From positions 248,001 to 312,000 of the IMG/VR virus record IMGVR_UViG_3300036715_004471: 64,000 nucleotides of DNA; one strand, written 5' to 3'. A program made the position numbers and the translations under genes. The stretch's first letter is position 1. Every line of letters starts with the position of its first letter. Positions 20,081-29,187 of this stretch are shown in pieces. The notes below the pieces were generated by a model, which saw only the letters and a program-made list of their open reading frames with translations, ran no database searches and was not told the origin of the DNA.

Positions 20081-20100
20081 TTAGCATCCTATAATGTTTG

Positions 20101-20556
20101 TTAGACCAATTCCGGATATTTGTTTAGAACTGCTTCCTTAGAAGCCGCTGATAATTCATTAAGCAATGCCTTTACCAATTTCTTGTTCTCAGCTAATCTA
20201 GTTGGTAAGTAATCTTTTACTTTACTGATCTCACTACTAGGTATCCCTAGCTTGGAAGATGCTACCCTTACTATAGGGTCACCTTTATAAGAAATCTGTA
20301 AATCACCAGCAGTCTTGCTAATTGCGACATCCCAAACCGCAGCAGTCTTCTCATCTTCTGGTTGGTAAAGTGATACAATGTATTCGCCATCATCAGAGCT
20401 TTGAACTTGCCATAAATCAGCGCCACTGTCTCCGTCCTTAAATCTTACAACATCGAACGCAACAGTTTCAAGGCGATCTTTCACATCTTCAAGTCTATAG
20501 GCTTTTTTGTAAAGTTTGTTCTCCAGCCTTGAGTAATCTATTGAAAATTTTGACAT
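20101..20556 (-). CDS. hypothetical protein
   Basis: Start MSKFS after GGGAG. Confidence 0.7.
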   Translation of the reverse strand: MSKFSIDYSRLENKLYKKAYRLEDVKDRLETVAFDVVRFKDGDSGADLWQVQSSDDGEYIVSLYQPEDEKTAAVWDVAISKTAGDLQISYKGDPIVRVASSKLGIPSSEISKVKDYLPTRLAENKKLVKALLNELSAASKEAVLNKYPELV

Positions 20557-20632
20557 TACGTCTCCCGTAAACACAATATACCTACCATAGATAAAGAAAT
20601 ATTGATAAATTCTCTACTTTTTAATAGAAGGG

Positions 20633-20755
20633 TTACAAATCCAATACCATAACATCCATTACACAGTGTAATAGATTTCTTTCAAATACCTTTGTGAAAT
20701 TATATTTCTTTAAAGGGTTTTTGGCGTAATTTATACAGGGTTTTACTAATTCCAT
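20633..20755 (-). CDS. possible 40-aa ORF (MELVKPCINY...)
   Basis: TAATG-coupled to the upstream stop; below the ORF-track cutoff; no recognisable motif. Confidence 0.3.
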   Translation of the reverse strand: MELVKPCINYAKNPLKKYNFTKVFERNLLHCVMDVMVLDL

Positions 20756-21195
20756 TACCAAAAAGCCCTTATCTTAAGTTTTCTCACTATTTCATTAAAT
20801 CTATTTTCATCTGAAAATATTTCATATAAATTAGTTATCTTCACAGTGTCTTCGCCACCCCGAACTGAATAAAATATTCCAAGTGCTGTTAACATCTCTC
20901 TTGATTTCTCTATTAACTTTTTACGATCTTCGACGGCTTGATTGATAGAGTTAATAGATTTGACTTTATCTTTTAATCTTTGTATATCTCGTCCAAGGAG
21001 TGAAAATATTTCGGTAGATTCTTCTTTAGTCAATTCATTTGCTTCGGATGCCTCAGTTGCCTCTTTCATAAGATTGCCTATATAAGTTATTGCAACTGTT
21101 AATCCTTTTGTGTCATGCCTGCTATGTGCAGGCATTTTCCATAATTTCTCTATGATTTCGCGAAACTTACTGCTCATTTCATGGAATTCACTCAT
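20755..21195 (-). CDS. hypothetical protein ending ...EIVRKLKIRAFW
   Basis: C-terminal motif shared with 21200-21385 and 26685-27104. Confidence 0.75.
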   Translation of the reverse strand: MSEFHEMSSKFREIIEKLWKMPAHSRHDTKGLTVAITYIGNLMKEATEASEANELTKEESTEIFSLLGRDIQRLKDKVKSINSINQAVEDRKKLIEKSREMLTALGIFYSVRGGEDTVKITNLYEIFSDENRFNEIVRKLKIRAFW

Positions 21196-21199
21196 CTTA

Positions 21200-21385
21200 T
21201 TACCAAAAGGCTTTCATCTTGAGTTTTCTAACTATTTCATCAATCTTACCCTCATCAAGTAAGATGTCATATAATACTCTAACGCTTATCGAAACGCCAT
21301 CATTAGGTATCTCTAATTTATCTAGCAATTCTGCTTTTTTAGGATCATAATGATAGTTTGAACTTACATATCCATCACTGAACAT
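21200..21385 (-). CDS. small hypothetical protein ending ...EIVRKLKMKAFW
   Basis: Shared C-terminal motif. Confidence 0.75.
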   Translation of the reverse strand: MFSDGYVSSNYHYDPKKAELLDKLEIPNDGVSISVRVLYDILLDEGKIDEIVRKLKMKAFW

Positions 21386-21388
21386 AAA

Positions 21389-21829
21389 TCACCATTTTGA
21401 TTCTCTTATCTCATCCATCTTTTTGAGAATATCTTTGATCTTCTCATCATTCTCAATAATCTTGCGAATTTTCTTCCTAGCTCCACCGTAAATCTTTTTA
21501 CCATTCTTATAGTCAACGTTTCCGTTCAAAGATTTGGTAATAGAGCTTTGATTGACATTTAGCATTTTGGCTATTTCCATTTGGGTATAACCATCAGCAT
21601 ATAATCTAATTACTTCTCTTTGTCTTGGTGTCAAAAGGGTATCAACTACTCTCCAAAATTCTTTTTTGAGTTGATCTTCAAGATTCATTAAATCCTCATT
21701 GTATTCAAATGGATTAAGCCTATTGTAAATACTATCTTCGTTACAAAAAGCCTCCATCATATCGTTTGAGCATACGGTTTCTAATAGAACCCATTGGTAT
21801 TTGTCTGATCTATTTTTTCTACGTTCCAT
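21389..21829 (-). CDS. sigma70 region-4-like HTH protein lacking region 2
   Basis: LTPRQREVIRLYADGYTQMEIAKMLNVNQSSI; GAGGAG before MERRK; 146 aa. Confidence 0.75.
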   Translation of the reverse strand: MERRKNRSDKYQWVLLETVCSNDMMEAFCNEDSIYNRLNPFEYNEDLMNLEDQLKKEFWRVVDTLLTPRQREVIRLYADGYTQMEIAKMLNVNQSSITKSLNGNVDYKNGKKIYGGARKKIRKIIENDEKIKDILKKMDEIRESKW

Positions 21830-21831
21830 AT

Positions 21832-22101
21832 TCACTCCTCGATTAAATCGTTTTCTGAAACTTGAACCCAAGTAGTTTCAGACATACCTTTATCAGTTAT
21901 TTCAAAACTTCTATCTTTTCCGCCCAGTGCAAAATGCTTCTCAGTAGTTTCAATTAGCCAACCTTTCTTTATTAATTCTTCGGCTAACTTATGTGTAGCA
22001 GGTCTACTGTCACACCATACTGATCCATTCATTTTGCACACTTTACACCCTGCAATTAAGTCTAGAAATACCTTTTGCTCTTCCGTCAATACATGTTCCA
22101 T
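21832..22101 (-). CDS. small winged-helix-like protein
   Basis: AEELIKKGWLIE...SFEITDKG wing pattern; GAGG before ATG 22101. Confidence 0.5.
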   Translation of the reverse strand: MEHVLTEEQKVFLDLIAGCKVCKMNGSVWCDSRPATHKLAEELIKKGWLIETTEKHFALGGKDRSFEITDKGMSETTWVQVSENDLIEE

Positions 22102-22133
22102 AAAACCTCGAACTATCATATACCAGATAGTAA

Positions 22134-22889
22134 TTACCCCCTGACAACAAAAGACAAAGATTCGTATTCATTCTTAGCGAAGAACTCGTCAATGTCTTTA
22201 TAATTATCAGGTAAGTAAAAATTTTGAATATTGGCATGCTTGCCAAATTTATCTATGATGCGTTTTCTCCCCTTCTCTCCCGCTTCATCACTATCTAATA
22301 GCAAGATTATATTATCAGTGTATCTGCTAATGACGGAAAATTGATAGGCAGTCATATTAGAATTACCTAAACCGACAACATTTTTCATTCCCTTCTCATG
22401 AGCCTTGATTACATCAAATTGACCCTCTACCACATACACTAGATCATTATCTATGATAGATTGCTTATTTTCATACATTCCAAACAAATAATTACCTTTA
22501 GTAAAAACAGTATTCTTATATTTAGAAATGTTTTTAACTTTTCTTTCATTATCTGGAAGTAGCGACCTTCCAACTATAGCTACGATATTTCCATAAGCAT
22601 CCTTAAAAGGCATTACTAATGGATAATCATCGAAATATGAAAAGTTTACTGTGCGAGGATAAAGAGAATCTTCAATTTCTCTTGAGTAGAAGATTTTCGT
22701 TTCCCTAAGTGAATCTTCTCCAACCAAAGAAGTTAAAGCTTTCAAATTATGAAGATTGGGGAAATATCCAAATTGAAACTTATCCTGACTTTCAGTACTT
22801 AAACGATAGTCAAGATAAGTCTTGCAATCTTGTGCTTCTGGATAGTTATGTAGTAAAAATTGACAAGAACTAATAATTTGATCAAACAT
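22134..22889 (-). CDS. dnaG: DnaG-type primase catalytic core (no zinc-binding or helicase-binding domain)
   Basis: YL..R...F.FGYFP, IVGR, KYKNT...KGNYLFG, TOPRIM VVEGQFDVI and LDSDEAG. Confidence 0.9.
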   Translation of the reverse strand: MFDQIISSCQFLLHNYPEAQDCKTYLDYRLSTESQDKFQFGYFPNLHNLKALTSLVGEDSLRETKIFYSREIEDSLYPRTVNFSYFDDYPLVMPFKDAYGNIVAIVGRSLLPDNERKVKNISKYKNTVFTKGNYLFGMYENKQSIIDNDLVYVVEGQFDVIKAHEKGMKNVVGLGNSNMTAYQFSVISRYTDNIILLLDSDEAGEKGRKRIIDKFGKHANIQNFYLPDNYKDIDEFFAKNEYESLSFVVRG

Positions 22890-22916
22890 AAGTTAAACTT
22901 TCTTAACACTTAGGTT

Positions 22917-23261
22917 TTAGAATTCATCATTTATATTTTTAAGTTTTTCTTTCAACATATTTTTGAATGGTAGACTTAAATGATCCAACGGTTTAGAACA
23001 GGAGGCGCAAACCACGTCATCATTAATTACTTTTGGTCTACCCTCACGTTCACATTTTTTGCATTTCACAGAATATGAGAGATTTTTCTTTTGCTTAAAT
23101 TGCTTTAAATTCTTCATTTGAATTTTAGCAAAATGACTGACATTATCTATTTCTCTATCGCACAAAGAACAATATACTTTATTATCTTTATCTTTGGGAT
23201 CCAGGTATGGTTCTTGTGTTTTTCCGCATCCCTTATTTGTACAACTCATAGCAAACGGCAT
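22917..23261 (-). CDS. zinc-ribbon protein
   Basis: Four Cys pairs (CTNKGC, CSLC, CKKC, CASC). Confidence 0.7.
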   Translation of the reverse strand: MPFAMSCTNKGCGKTQEPYLDPKDKDNKVYCSLCDREIDNVSHFAKIQMKNLKQFKQKKNLSYSVKCKKCEREGRPKVINDDVVCASCSKPLDHLSLPFKNMLKEKLKNINDEF

Positions 23262-23264
23262 AAT

Positions 23265-24272
23265 TTAATCCTTATCTAAATGATCTATGTCACTTGGATC
23301 GTAAGTTTGATGACCATTCAACACATTGATTAACCTAGATATTATCTCTACATCTTCTGGATAAGTAACATCTATTATTACTTTTTGAGATCCTACACCA
23401 TTAACACCTAGGTTAGGTATCTTTATTTCATCTTTGTTTCTAGAACAAGGGGGAATTATTAATTCTTTTTCTCCCATAATGGTTTTTACTTGAACATTAA
23501 TACCCTGTAACGCATCTAGAAAAGATAGATTTAAGTGTGAAACAACATCTTGTCCTTCCAACGATAATCCTTCTTCTGGAATAACTGTTAAATGAAGGTG
23601 TGCTTCTGAATATTGATCCATGCCCATAAAGCTATTAACATAATGTCCAAAACCATTCAGCCTCAAAATGTTTCCTGACACTACGCCAGGTGGCACATTG
23701 ACACTTCCAGAAACCTGAGTACTAATAGTACCTTTCGATGAACAAGTGCGACATTGATTAATAGGGATTCTTCCAAAACATTTATCACATGTCCTGGTAA
23801 ACATCATGTTTCCCTGTTTACCAATAATTTGCCCTTTTCCTCCACACTTATCACATCCATTATTAGATTGTATCTGTCCTTGACCATTACAATCTGCACA
23901 CTTACCATTTCTGGTAAAAGAAATTTCCTTTTGACAACCCAAAATAGATTCTTTGAATGATAAGGTGATTTGAAGTACAATATGTTCTATTTGTGTCTGC
24001 TGTCTTCCTCCAAAAGGATTTATATTGATTCCAGGAAATCCTTGAAATGGATTAAACCCAGATTCTTGTATCACTGGCTCAGGATCGGTGCCTTTTCCAT
24101 TAACAACACACCGATAAGCTTCATTAATCTTTTTGAATTTATTTTCAGCACCATCTTCTTTATTAACATCAGGATGATACTTTTTAGTAAGTTCTCTATA
24201 TTTCTTTTTAGCATCTTCCGGAGAAGTTTCCGGAGATAATTCTAATATTGAATATGCTTCTTGCAAATTCAT
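23265..24272 (-). CDS. dnaJ: DnaJ chaperone (type I)
   Basis: J-domain KYHPD, G/F stretch, four CxxCxGxG-type repeats, C-terminal domain. Confidence 0.92.
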   Translation of the reverse strand: MNLQEAYSILELSPETSPEDAKKKYRELTKKYHPDVNKEDGAENKFKKINEAYRCVVNGKGTDPEPVIQESGFNPFQGFPGININPFGGRQQTQIEHIVLQITLSFKESILGCQKEISFTRNGKCADCNGQGQIQSNNGCDKCGGKGQIIGKQGNMMFTRTCDKCFGRIPINQCRTCSSKGTISTQVSGSVNVPPGVVSGNILRLNGFGHYVNSFMGMDQYSEAHLHLTVIPEEGLSLEGQDVVSHLNLSFLDALQGINVQVKTIMGEKELIIPPCSRNKDEIKIPNLGVNGVGSQKVIIDVTYPEDVEIISRLINVLNGHQTYDPSDIDHLDKD

Positions 24273-24826
24273 TTGCGTTTACCTTTAGCCTTACCTGTTA
24301 ATACAAATGCATAATACAGAGCAACGGCAATACCGTCAGCCCTATCTCTATTTTCTTCTTTTATGCCACCCTTATTCTTACCCTTAGTGATTCTCTCATA
24401 GGGAAACGTAATTCCTAAATGTTTTGCCACAAGCTCCGGCATATCTTCTTTTTTTGGCAGCACTTTAGAAGTTTTCAATCCATGTCTGATTGTCATAACA
24501 TTGAACAACCCGGGATTGGATTTCAAATAGTCATAACTAGTTAAACAAACCATACGATTGAATGTTGTCAACATTACTACAGTTGTAGCCGTACTTTTAG
24601 GCATGAATTTTATTAAATCTTCTACGCCAATATAATCTGGTTTTGATTTATTGATAATCTCCTGAATTTTATCCCTAGTATCTACTATACGATCAACTAT
24701 TGAACCTATTTTCACAGGTTTGAAATAACCCGAATCAATATACTTGATAGTGTTATCTTCTTGAATTTCTAACTCACACCATCCAATTGTCGAACTAGAC
24801 ACGTCAAAGCCAAGCACTGTCTTCAT
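24269..24826 (-). CDS. RuvC-like Holliday junction resolvase
   Basis: LGFDVSSSTIGW, IGVED, C-terminal DRADGIAVA. Confidence 0.8.
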   Translation of the reverse strand: MKTVLGFDVSSSTIGWCELEIQEDNTIKYIDSGYFKPVKIGSIVDRIVDTRDKIQEIINKSKPDYIGVEDLIKFMPKSTATTVVMLTTFNRMVCLTSYDYLKSNPGLFNVMTIRHGLKTSKVLPKKEDMPELVAKHLGITFPYERITKGKNKGGIKEENRDRADGIAVALYYAFVLTGKAKGKRK

Positions 24827-25434
24827 TTTATCTCCTTACTTTTCAAGAACGAAACAATGCTCTCTAATTCTACAAGTGTAGCATTATTTTTTATTCTGTT
24901 GGCTTTATGAGATATAACGACAATATTACCTTTAACGTATCCTTTTTCTGGAACAATACGATCCAAAGATGGCGAATCATCTTTGGTTTTTCCTACATTT
25001 GTTACAAGTAACATACCAAATATGGGACATTTACCATCGCTCGGGTAAATGTCTACTACATCTTGTTTGGTAATATCAAATATTATGCCAGAAGCTTTAG
25101 AGCGCTGTTTAGCCGAGTAATAAATAAATCTACACGGATCTTCTTGTCTTTTTTTATGTATCCATTGTTTATGAAACGCTTTGCGCTCCAGACTACTATC
25201 GTAAATACGCAGTTTTTCTTTATTCTTTTCTCTATATTCTTTATTTTTCTTACTTATATCATTTTTGTATTGTTGATAGTACTCTTTTGCTTGCGCACTT
25301 TTTGCTTCTTTCCTGCGATCATTTTGTTGACGAGCATGGGCTCGACACAAAGAACATAATTTGAAATATTCACCATTTGGCTTTGCAAATGAGGAATCAT
25401 TAAATTCTCCACGACAAGTATTACATATTCTCAT
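24823..25434 (-). CDS. HNH-variant homing-type endonuclease
   Basis: N-terminal CxxC pairs; CPIFG...SPSLDRIVPEKGYVKGNIVVISHKANRIKN. Confidence 0.75.
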   Translation of the reverse strand: MRICNTCRGEFNDSSFAKPNGEYFKLCSLCRAHARQQNDRRKEAKSAQAKEYYQQYKNDISKKNKEYREKNKEKLRIYDSSLERKAFHKQWIHKKRQEDPCRFIYYSAKQRSKASGIIFDITKQDVVDIYPSDGKCPIFGMLLVTNVGKTKDDSPSLDRIVPEKGYVKGNIVVISHKANRIKNNATLVELESIVSFLKSKEIK

Positions 25435-25486
25435 GTCTGAATGATATAATATTGGTAGAAGTTTCGGCAAATATTACTATAGGTTA

Positions 25487-25494
25487 ATATATCA
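25487..25494 (-). promoter_or_regulatory. TGATATAT putative extended -10 element
   Basis: Directly after the SSB terminator, upstream of the endonuclease-ruvC-dnaJ run. Confidence 0.45.
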
Positions 25495-25496
25495 GG

Positions 25497-25537
25497 AAAA
25501 AGAAAAAGGGGTCCTGAGTTCGCTCAGGACCCCCTTT
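25497..25537 (-). terminator. rho-independent terminator after SSB gene
   Basis: Minus strand GGGGTCCTGAG-CGAA-CTCAGGACCCC followed by TTTTTCTTTTT. Confidence 0.9.
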
Positions 25538-25557
25538 GATGTTATTGTATCAGTTGA

Positions 25558-26283
25558 TTATGCTTGGTTATCATAATCTGGAAATGATTCTTCTAATTCT
25601 TCATCATCTGCCATGCTTACTGGAGCTGTTTTAGTGTTAGCTTTTACAACTGGTTTAGCAGCCGCCTTTTTTGCTGCTGCCGGAGCGGCAGTTGGAATAG
25701 CTTCGCCCTCACCAAAAATCTTATCCAATCTCTTTTGGACAACATCTGAAGTTGGAGGAGTTACTCTACGCTTCAAATCATCAAAGTCAACATCATCTTT
25801 GACCTTTTGATCTTCTGCCGAAAGAGGCTCTTTTGGAATTGGTTGTACTGAGTAATAACCAGTAGCTCCACCGTTTTTATCAACTACGATGTTAAGATCG
25901 TACTTGGTAGGATCGCCCCAACGGTCAGCTTTTCTGGCTAGTTTTCTAATTTGAGAGAAAACCGCAAAGGAAACATCCAAAATCTTGTAAGTACCAGTCT
26001 TACGGCTCAAGACACCATACAACCAACGAAGCTTGGCTTTATCACCAGAGGCACAAACAGGGCAGCTACCGTGAATGGCTGAGCATGGAACCTTTTGACC
26101 AAAATCTTTTGGATTTGAAGGGTCTTTCTTCACCTTATGTACAGAATATTGGAATGGATTGGTTAGCAATCTTAATTCGTTATCACCTTCATCCAATCTC
26201 ATGAAGAGGTCTTTGGAATTGGTGGTCTTTTTGTCACTGTAAATCTCGTCGTTATAAGAAATTTCACCGAATGTTGATGTCAT
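25558..26283 (-). CDS. single-stranded DNA-binding protein (T4 gp32-like)
   Basis: LDEGDNELRLL, C..IHGSCPVC zinc site, YKILDV, GDPTKYDL, acidic aromatic tail. Confidence 0.7.
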   Translation of the reverse strand: MTSTFGEISYNDEIYSDKKTTNSKDLFMRLDEGDNELRLLTNPFQYSVHKVKKDPSNPKDFGQKVPCSAIHGSCPVCASGDKAKLRWLYGVLSRKTGTYKILDVSFAVFSQIRKLARKADRWGDPTKYDLNIVVDKNGGATGYYSVQPIPKEPLSAEDQKVKDDVDFDDLKRRVTPPTSDVVQKRLDKIFGEGEAIPTAAPAAAKKAAAKPVVKANTKTAPVSMADDEELEESFPDYDNQA

Positions 26284-26365
26284 TTTGATCTCCTACTGTT
26301 ATCTATTTTGTACAAAACGTACTTGTTTCTTTTTAACACATTGATCGTATTTACGACCTTATCAA

Positions 26366-26671
26366 TTATCTTGATGCAAACTTGACGAAGCGGGTACGAG
26401 TACGATCGTTAGCTCTTCCGAATCTAACTGATACGCCTCTTGTGCGTAATCTATTTGCTATCCTATTTATAACCACTCTTAGTGCACTTGGCGAACCAGG
26501 GAGGTTATTTACTTTTGTCTGACTTCTGTTGTAAACTCTAGCTAGAATAGAGTCTAATTGTGTCATTGTGCCTCTCCAATTATGAGAGGTCTCAAGTGAC
26601 CTTAGAACGCCTTCTAGAACCAAGTTATCAACCGAATTTGTCTTACCATTAGATGTCATTTTATTGCTCAC
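26366..26671 (-). CDS. small basic hypothetical protein
   Basis: Arg-rich 101-aa ORF. Confidence 0.6.
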   Translation of the reverse strand: MSNKMTSNGKTNSVDNLVLEGVLRSLETSHNWRGTMTQLDSILARVYNRSQTKVNNLPGSPSALRVVINRIANRLRTRGVSVRFGRANDRTRTRFVKFASR

Positions 26672-26684
26672 TTTCCTATTTTTA

Positions 26685-27104
26685 TTACCAAAAAGCTTTC
26701 AAATTATTGAATCTTTTTATCAACTCTGGATCACAGAGTCCTAATGCAACATGCCTGTAATCCGCATAATCACATTCTTGATAGTTATCTGCAATTGCTA
26801 ACGTTTTGCCTTCCGAAATATCTCTTGTAAAAATTACGTTAGCGCCCCAAATACTTATGTTTTTATTGACGGTAATATTAACTTCTTCAAACATCGAAGA
26901 AACTTCTATTATTTGAATGGGATTCATTACCCAATAATCAACTACTAAGTCCCACCTATCAACTAGCATTTTGGTTTCGATTAAAAATCTTTTGAATCCC
27001 TTTTTATAATCTAATCCATTTGTATAATTATACAGAGTAATACTGTTTGTAGATTTGGTTTCGGCAGCTTCCAGCAAGATGCCGAGGTCTTTCAATACAT
27101 CCAT
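26685..27104 (-). CDS. hypothetical protein ending ...IKRFNNLKAFW
   Basis: Shared C-terminal AFW motif. Confidence 0.7.
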   Translation of the reverse strand: MDVLKDLGILLEAAETKSTNSITLYNYTNGLDYKKGFKRFLIETKMLVDRWDLVVDYWVMNPIQIIEVSSMFEEVNITVNKNISIWGANVIFTRDISEGKTLAIADNYQECDYADYRHVALGLCDPELIKRFNNLKAFW

Positions 27105-27106
27105 AA

Positions 27107-27427
27107 TTATTTTTGCTTAAATACCAGGCTGCGCATGTACGAGATTTTGTGCCACGGTACCAATACCTCCAATATTAAGTCTTTGGGGGTGGAAGTCAAG
27201 ATGTCGACAAAGTTTTTTATTATCTCGTCCTCCGTCGAATCAGAAAAAATTCCTTTAACCTGCACAAAACCCTGTAAAAGCTCCGGTTTATCCAGAGTAA
27301 TGAATTTTTTTACATTCTTATTCTTAGAAGAATCATCCATAATAATCAAATAGGACGGCTTCTTAGCTATGGCAACTGTACCCATTAATCCAGTTACTTG
27401 TATTGCAATATCACTAGGTCCTGACAT
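27107..27427 (-). CDS. hypothetical protein
   Basis: TAATG-coupled to recA. Confidence 0.65.
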   Translation of the reverse strand: MSGPSDIAIQVTGLMGTVAIAKKPSYLIIMDDSSKNKNVKKFITLDKPELLQGFVQVKGIFSDSTEDEIIKNFVDILTSTPKDLILEVLVPWHKISYMRSLVFKQK

Positions 27428-28623
27428 TATGATTTAGCCTTTCTTCCTCTTTTTTTAGGTTCTGAAGAATCATCTTCAACTTCATCAATTGCTTTTTGCA
27501 ATTTAGCGGCAGCTTGTTCAAGAAGCTTTAATTCCCACTTTGTGTTACGGGCTTCCGCAATTTTGTCTGCCAATTCTTGAGCTAAATCAGTGTCTTCTTT
27601 CAAGGCATCACAAAACTTATTATAACCTACCCACTTATGCTCGCCATATTCATGGGTAACTGAAGATGTTTTTGATACTACGCCATAATCAACAGATAAT
27701 TGTGCAATTTCTTCGTGCCTATCAATAACACCAATACCAAAATCAATTCTAAACTCGCACTTGCGTGGCCAAGGTCCAAATTTCGACTTTTCAATCGTAG
27801 CTCTTATGGTTTGACCAATCTTGTTTTCTTTTTCATCCAAAATACGAGCATCAGCACGATTGACTGGTTCAAAATATACGTTAGCACTCAAAAAATGTGC
27901 GTAAGTGTTACCACCAGAATATGTATGATCTGATGCGTATGGATCCATATTAGCTTTCTTGTGATTGATAATAATAAATGGAACCTTAGCCTTATTTACT
28001 TCCAAGGAAAGCTTACGGAAAGTGGTAGTCAAGAATCTTGCTAAAAGCGCCATATTCATTTTACCAACAGCAGAAATATCTTCTCCTGGAGGTATAATAG
28101 ATCCCAAAGAATCCAATACAATTAAGTTAATGTTGAAGTCGCCAGAAGCTACCTTATCCAATAACCCTTCTTTTGATTTACCTTTCAAAATATGTGTCTT
28201 GGTATCTTCTTTCGGAACACCCAAAACCATTTCAAAACACTTACGACCATTTACAGCCGTATCACCTTCTACAAGAATAATCTTAGTAGTATCTAAGCCA
28301 AGTGATGCTGCCCAAGTAGGATCAAACGTTTGTTCCGCGTCAATGAATACCTGTTGAGCTGATGGATCTTCTATTTGTGCTTCTTTGATAGCAATCATTG
28401 CCATCAACGTTTTACCGCTACCTGGCGCGCCATAAAACTGAATCAATCTTCCCTTAGGGAGACCGCCAGAAGATAGGGCGTCATCTAATAGTAAGGAACC
28501 AGAAGAAATTGCTGGAACCTTTTGACCCACAGTTTCATGAGCCATTCTGAAATCTAATTGTTCGTCTGAATCTGCAAAACTTTTGAAAAAGGCATCTAAT
28601 TTATTCGACATTTTATCTCCCAT
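27427..28623 (-). CDS. recA: RecA-family recombinase
   Basis: Walker A GAPGSGKT, FIDAEQ, Walker B IVLDS, IEKSKFGP; insertion before Walker B; basic tail KKRGRK. Confidence 0.93.
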   Translation of the reverse strand: MGDKMSNKLDAFFKSFADSDEQLDFRMAHETVGQKVPAISSGSLLLDDALSSGGLPKGRLIQFYGAPGSGKTLMAMIAIKEAQIEDPSAQQVFIDAEQTFDPTWAASLGLDTTKIILVEGDTAVNGRKCFEMVLGVPKEDTKTHILKGKSKEGLLDKVASGDFNINLIVLDSLGSIIPPGEDISAVGKMNMALLARFLTTTFRKLSLEVNKAKVPFIIINHKKANMDPYASDHTYSGGNTYAHFLSANVYFEPVNRADARILDEKENKIGQTIRATIEKSKFGPWPRKCEFRIDFGIGVIDRHEEIAQLSVDYGVVSKTSSVTHEYGEHKWVGYNKFCDALKEDTDLAQELADKIAEARNTKWELKLLEQAAAKLQKAIDEVEDDSSEPKKRGRKAKS

Positions 28624-29138
28624 TATTCGTAGCCTTCGGGAATTTTCTCCGTTGTTGTGGCGCCAAGACTATATCCAAGGATCGTCTTTCTGAGCCCGCT
28701 AGCAATATCTTTGAAATGATGATGAGATTTTATTAAAATCTCGTATTTTCTTTCCAATACTAACTTGCTGCCTTTAGCTTTTGCTAATTTTATTTGCACC
28801 GCTTCAACTTCTGGAGAAGATTCGCCAGCCCACTTTTTCATGTCCGCCGTAGTTCTAGAACCGTCGGGCGCATGATACTCTAATGATACTTTGTTTTTTG
28901 TACTGTTTACTTTTGCTTCTAAATAACCTACTGTTTTTACTATTTTCCCTAGATATCCCGTAATAACATCGGCGCCTCGTAAAGCCTGTTGTTGTAACAG
29001 TTCTGCGTGAGACAAATCTATTGCGTCAATATCTTGTAATTTCTCCAACACTAATTGAATTTCTGTTAGGTCGAAATTTGAAAAATCTTCTTCCAATTCA
29101 GATCCCATAAAATCCGAAAGTCTTACTTGTTGGCTCAT
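28623..29138 (-). CDS. helical protein, possible UvsY-like recombination mediator
   Basis: Coiled-coil protein coupled to recA; assignment by position and pattern only. Confidence 0.35.
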   Translation of the reverse strand: MSQQVRLSDFMGSELEEDFSNFDLTEIQLVLEKLQDIDAIDLSHAELLQQQALRGADVITGYLGKIVKTVGYLEAKVNSTKNKVSLEYHAPDGSRTTADMKKWAGESSPEVEAVQIKLAKAKGSKLVLERKYEILIKSHHHFKDIASGLRKTILGYSLGATTTEKIPEGYE

Positions 29139-29187
29139 ATTCTTTCCTTCTTAATCAATGTACAATATCTAACTATGTCTCGACAAA

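Noticed and set aside
20590-20680. CNGCYGIG (DnaJ-like zinc repeat) in an intergenic frame
   Set aside because: Single motif preceded by a stop, no start codon and no second Cys pair; likely chance.
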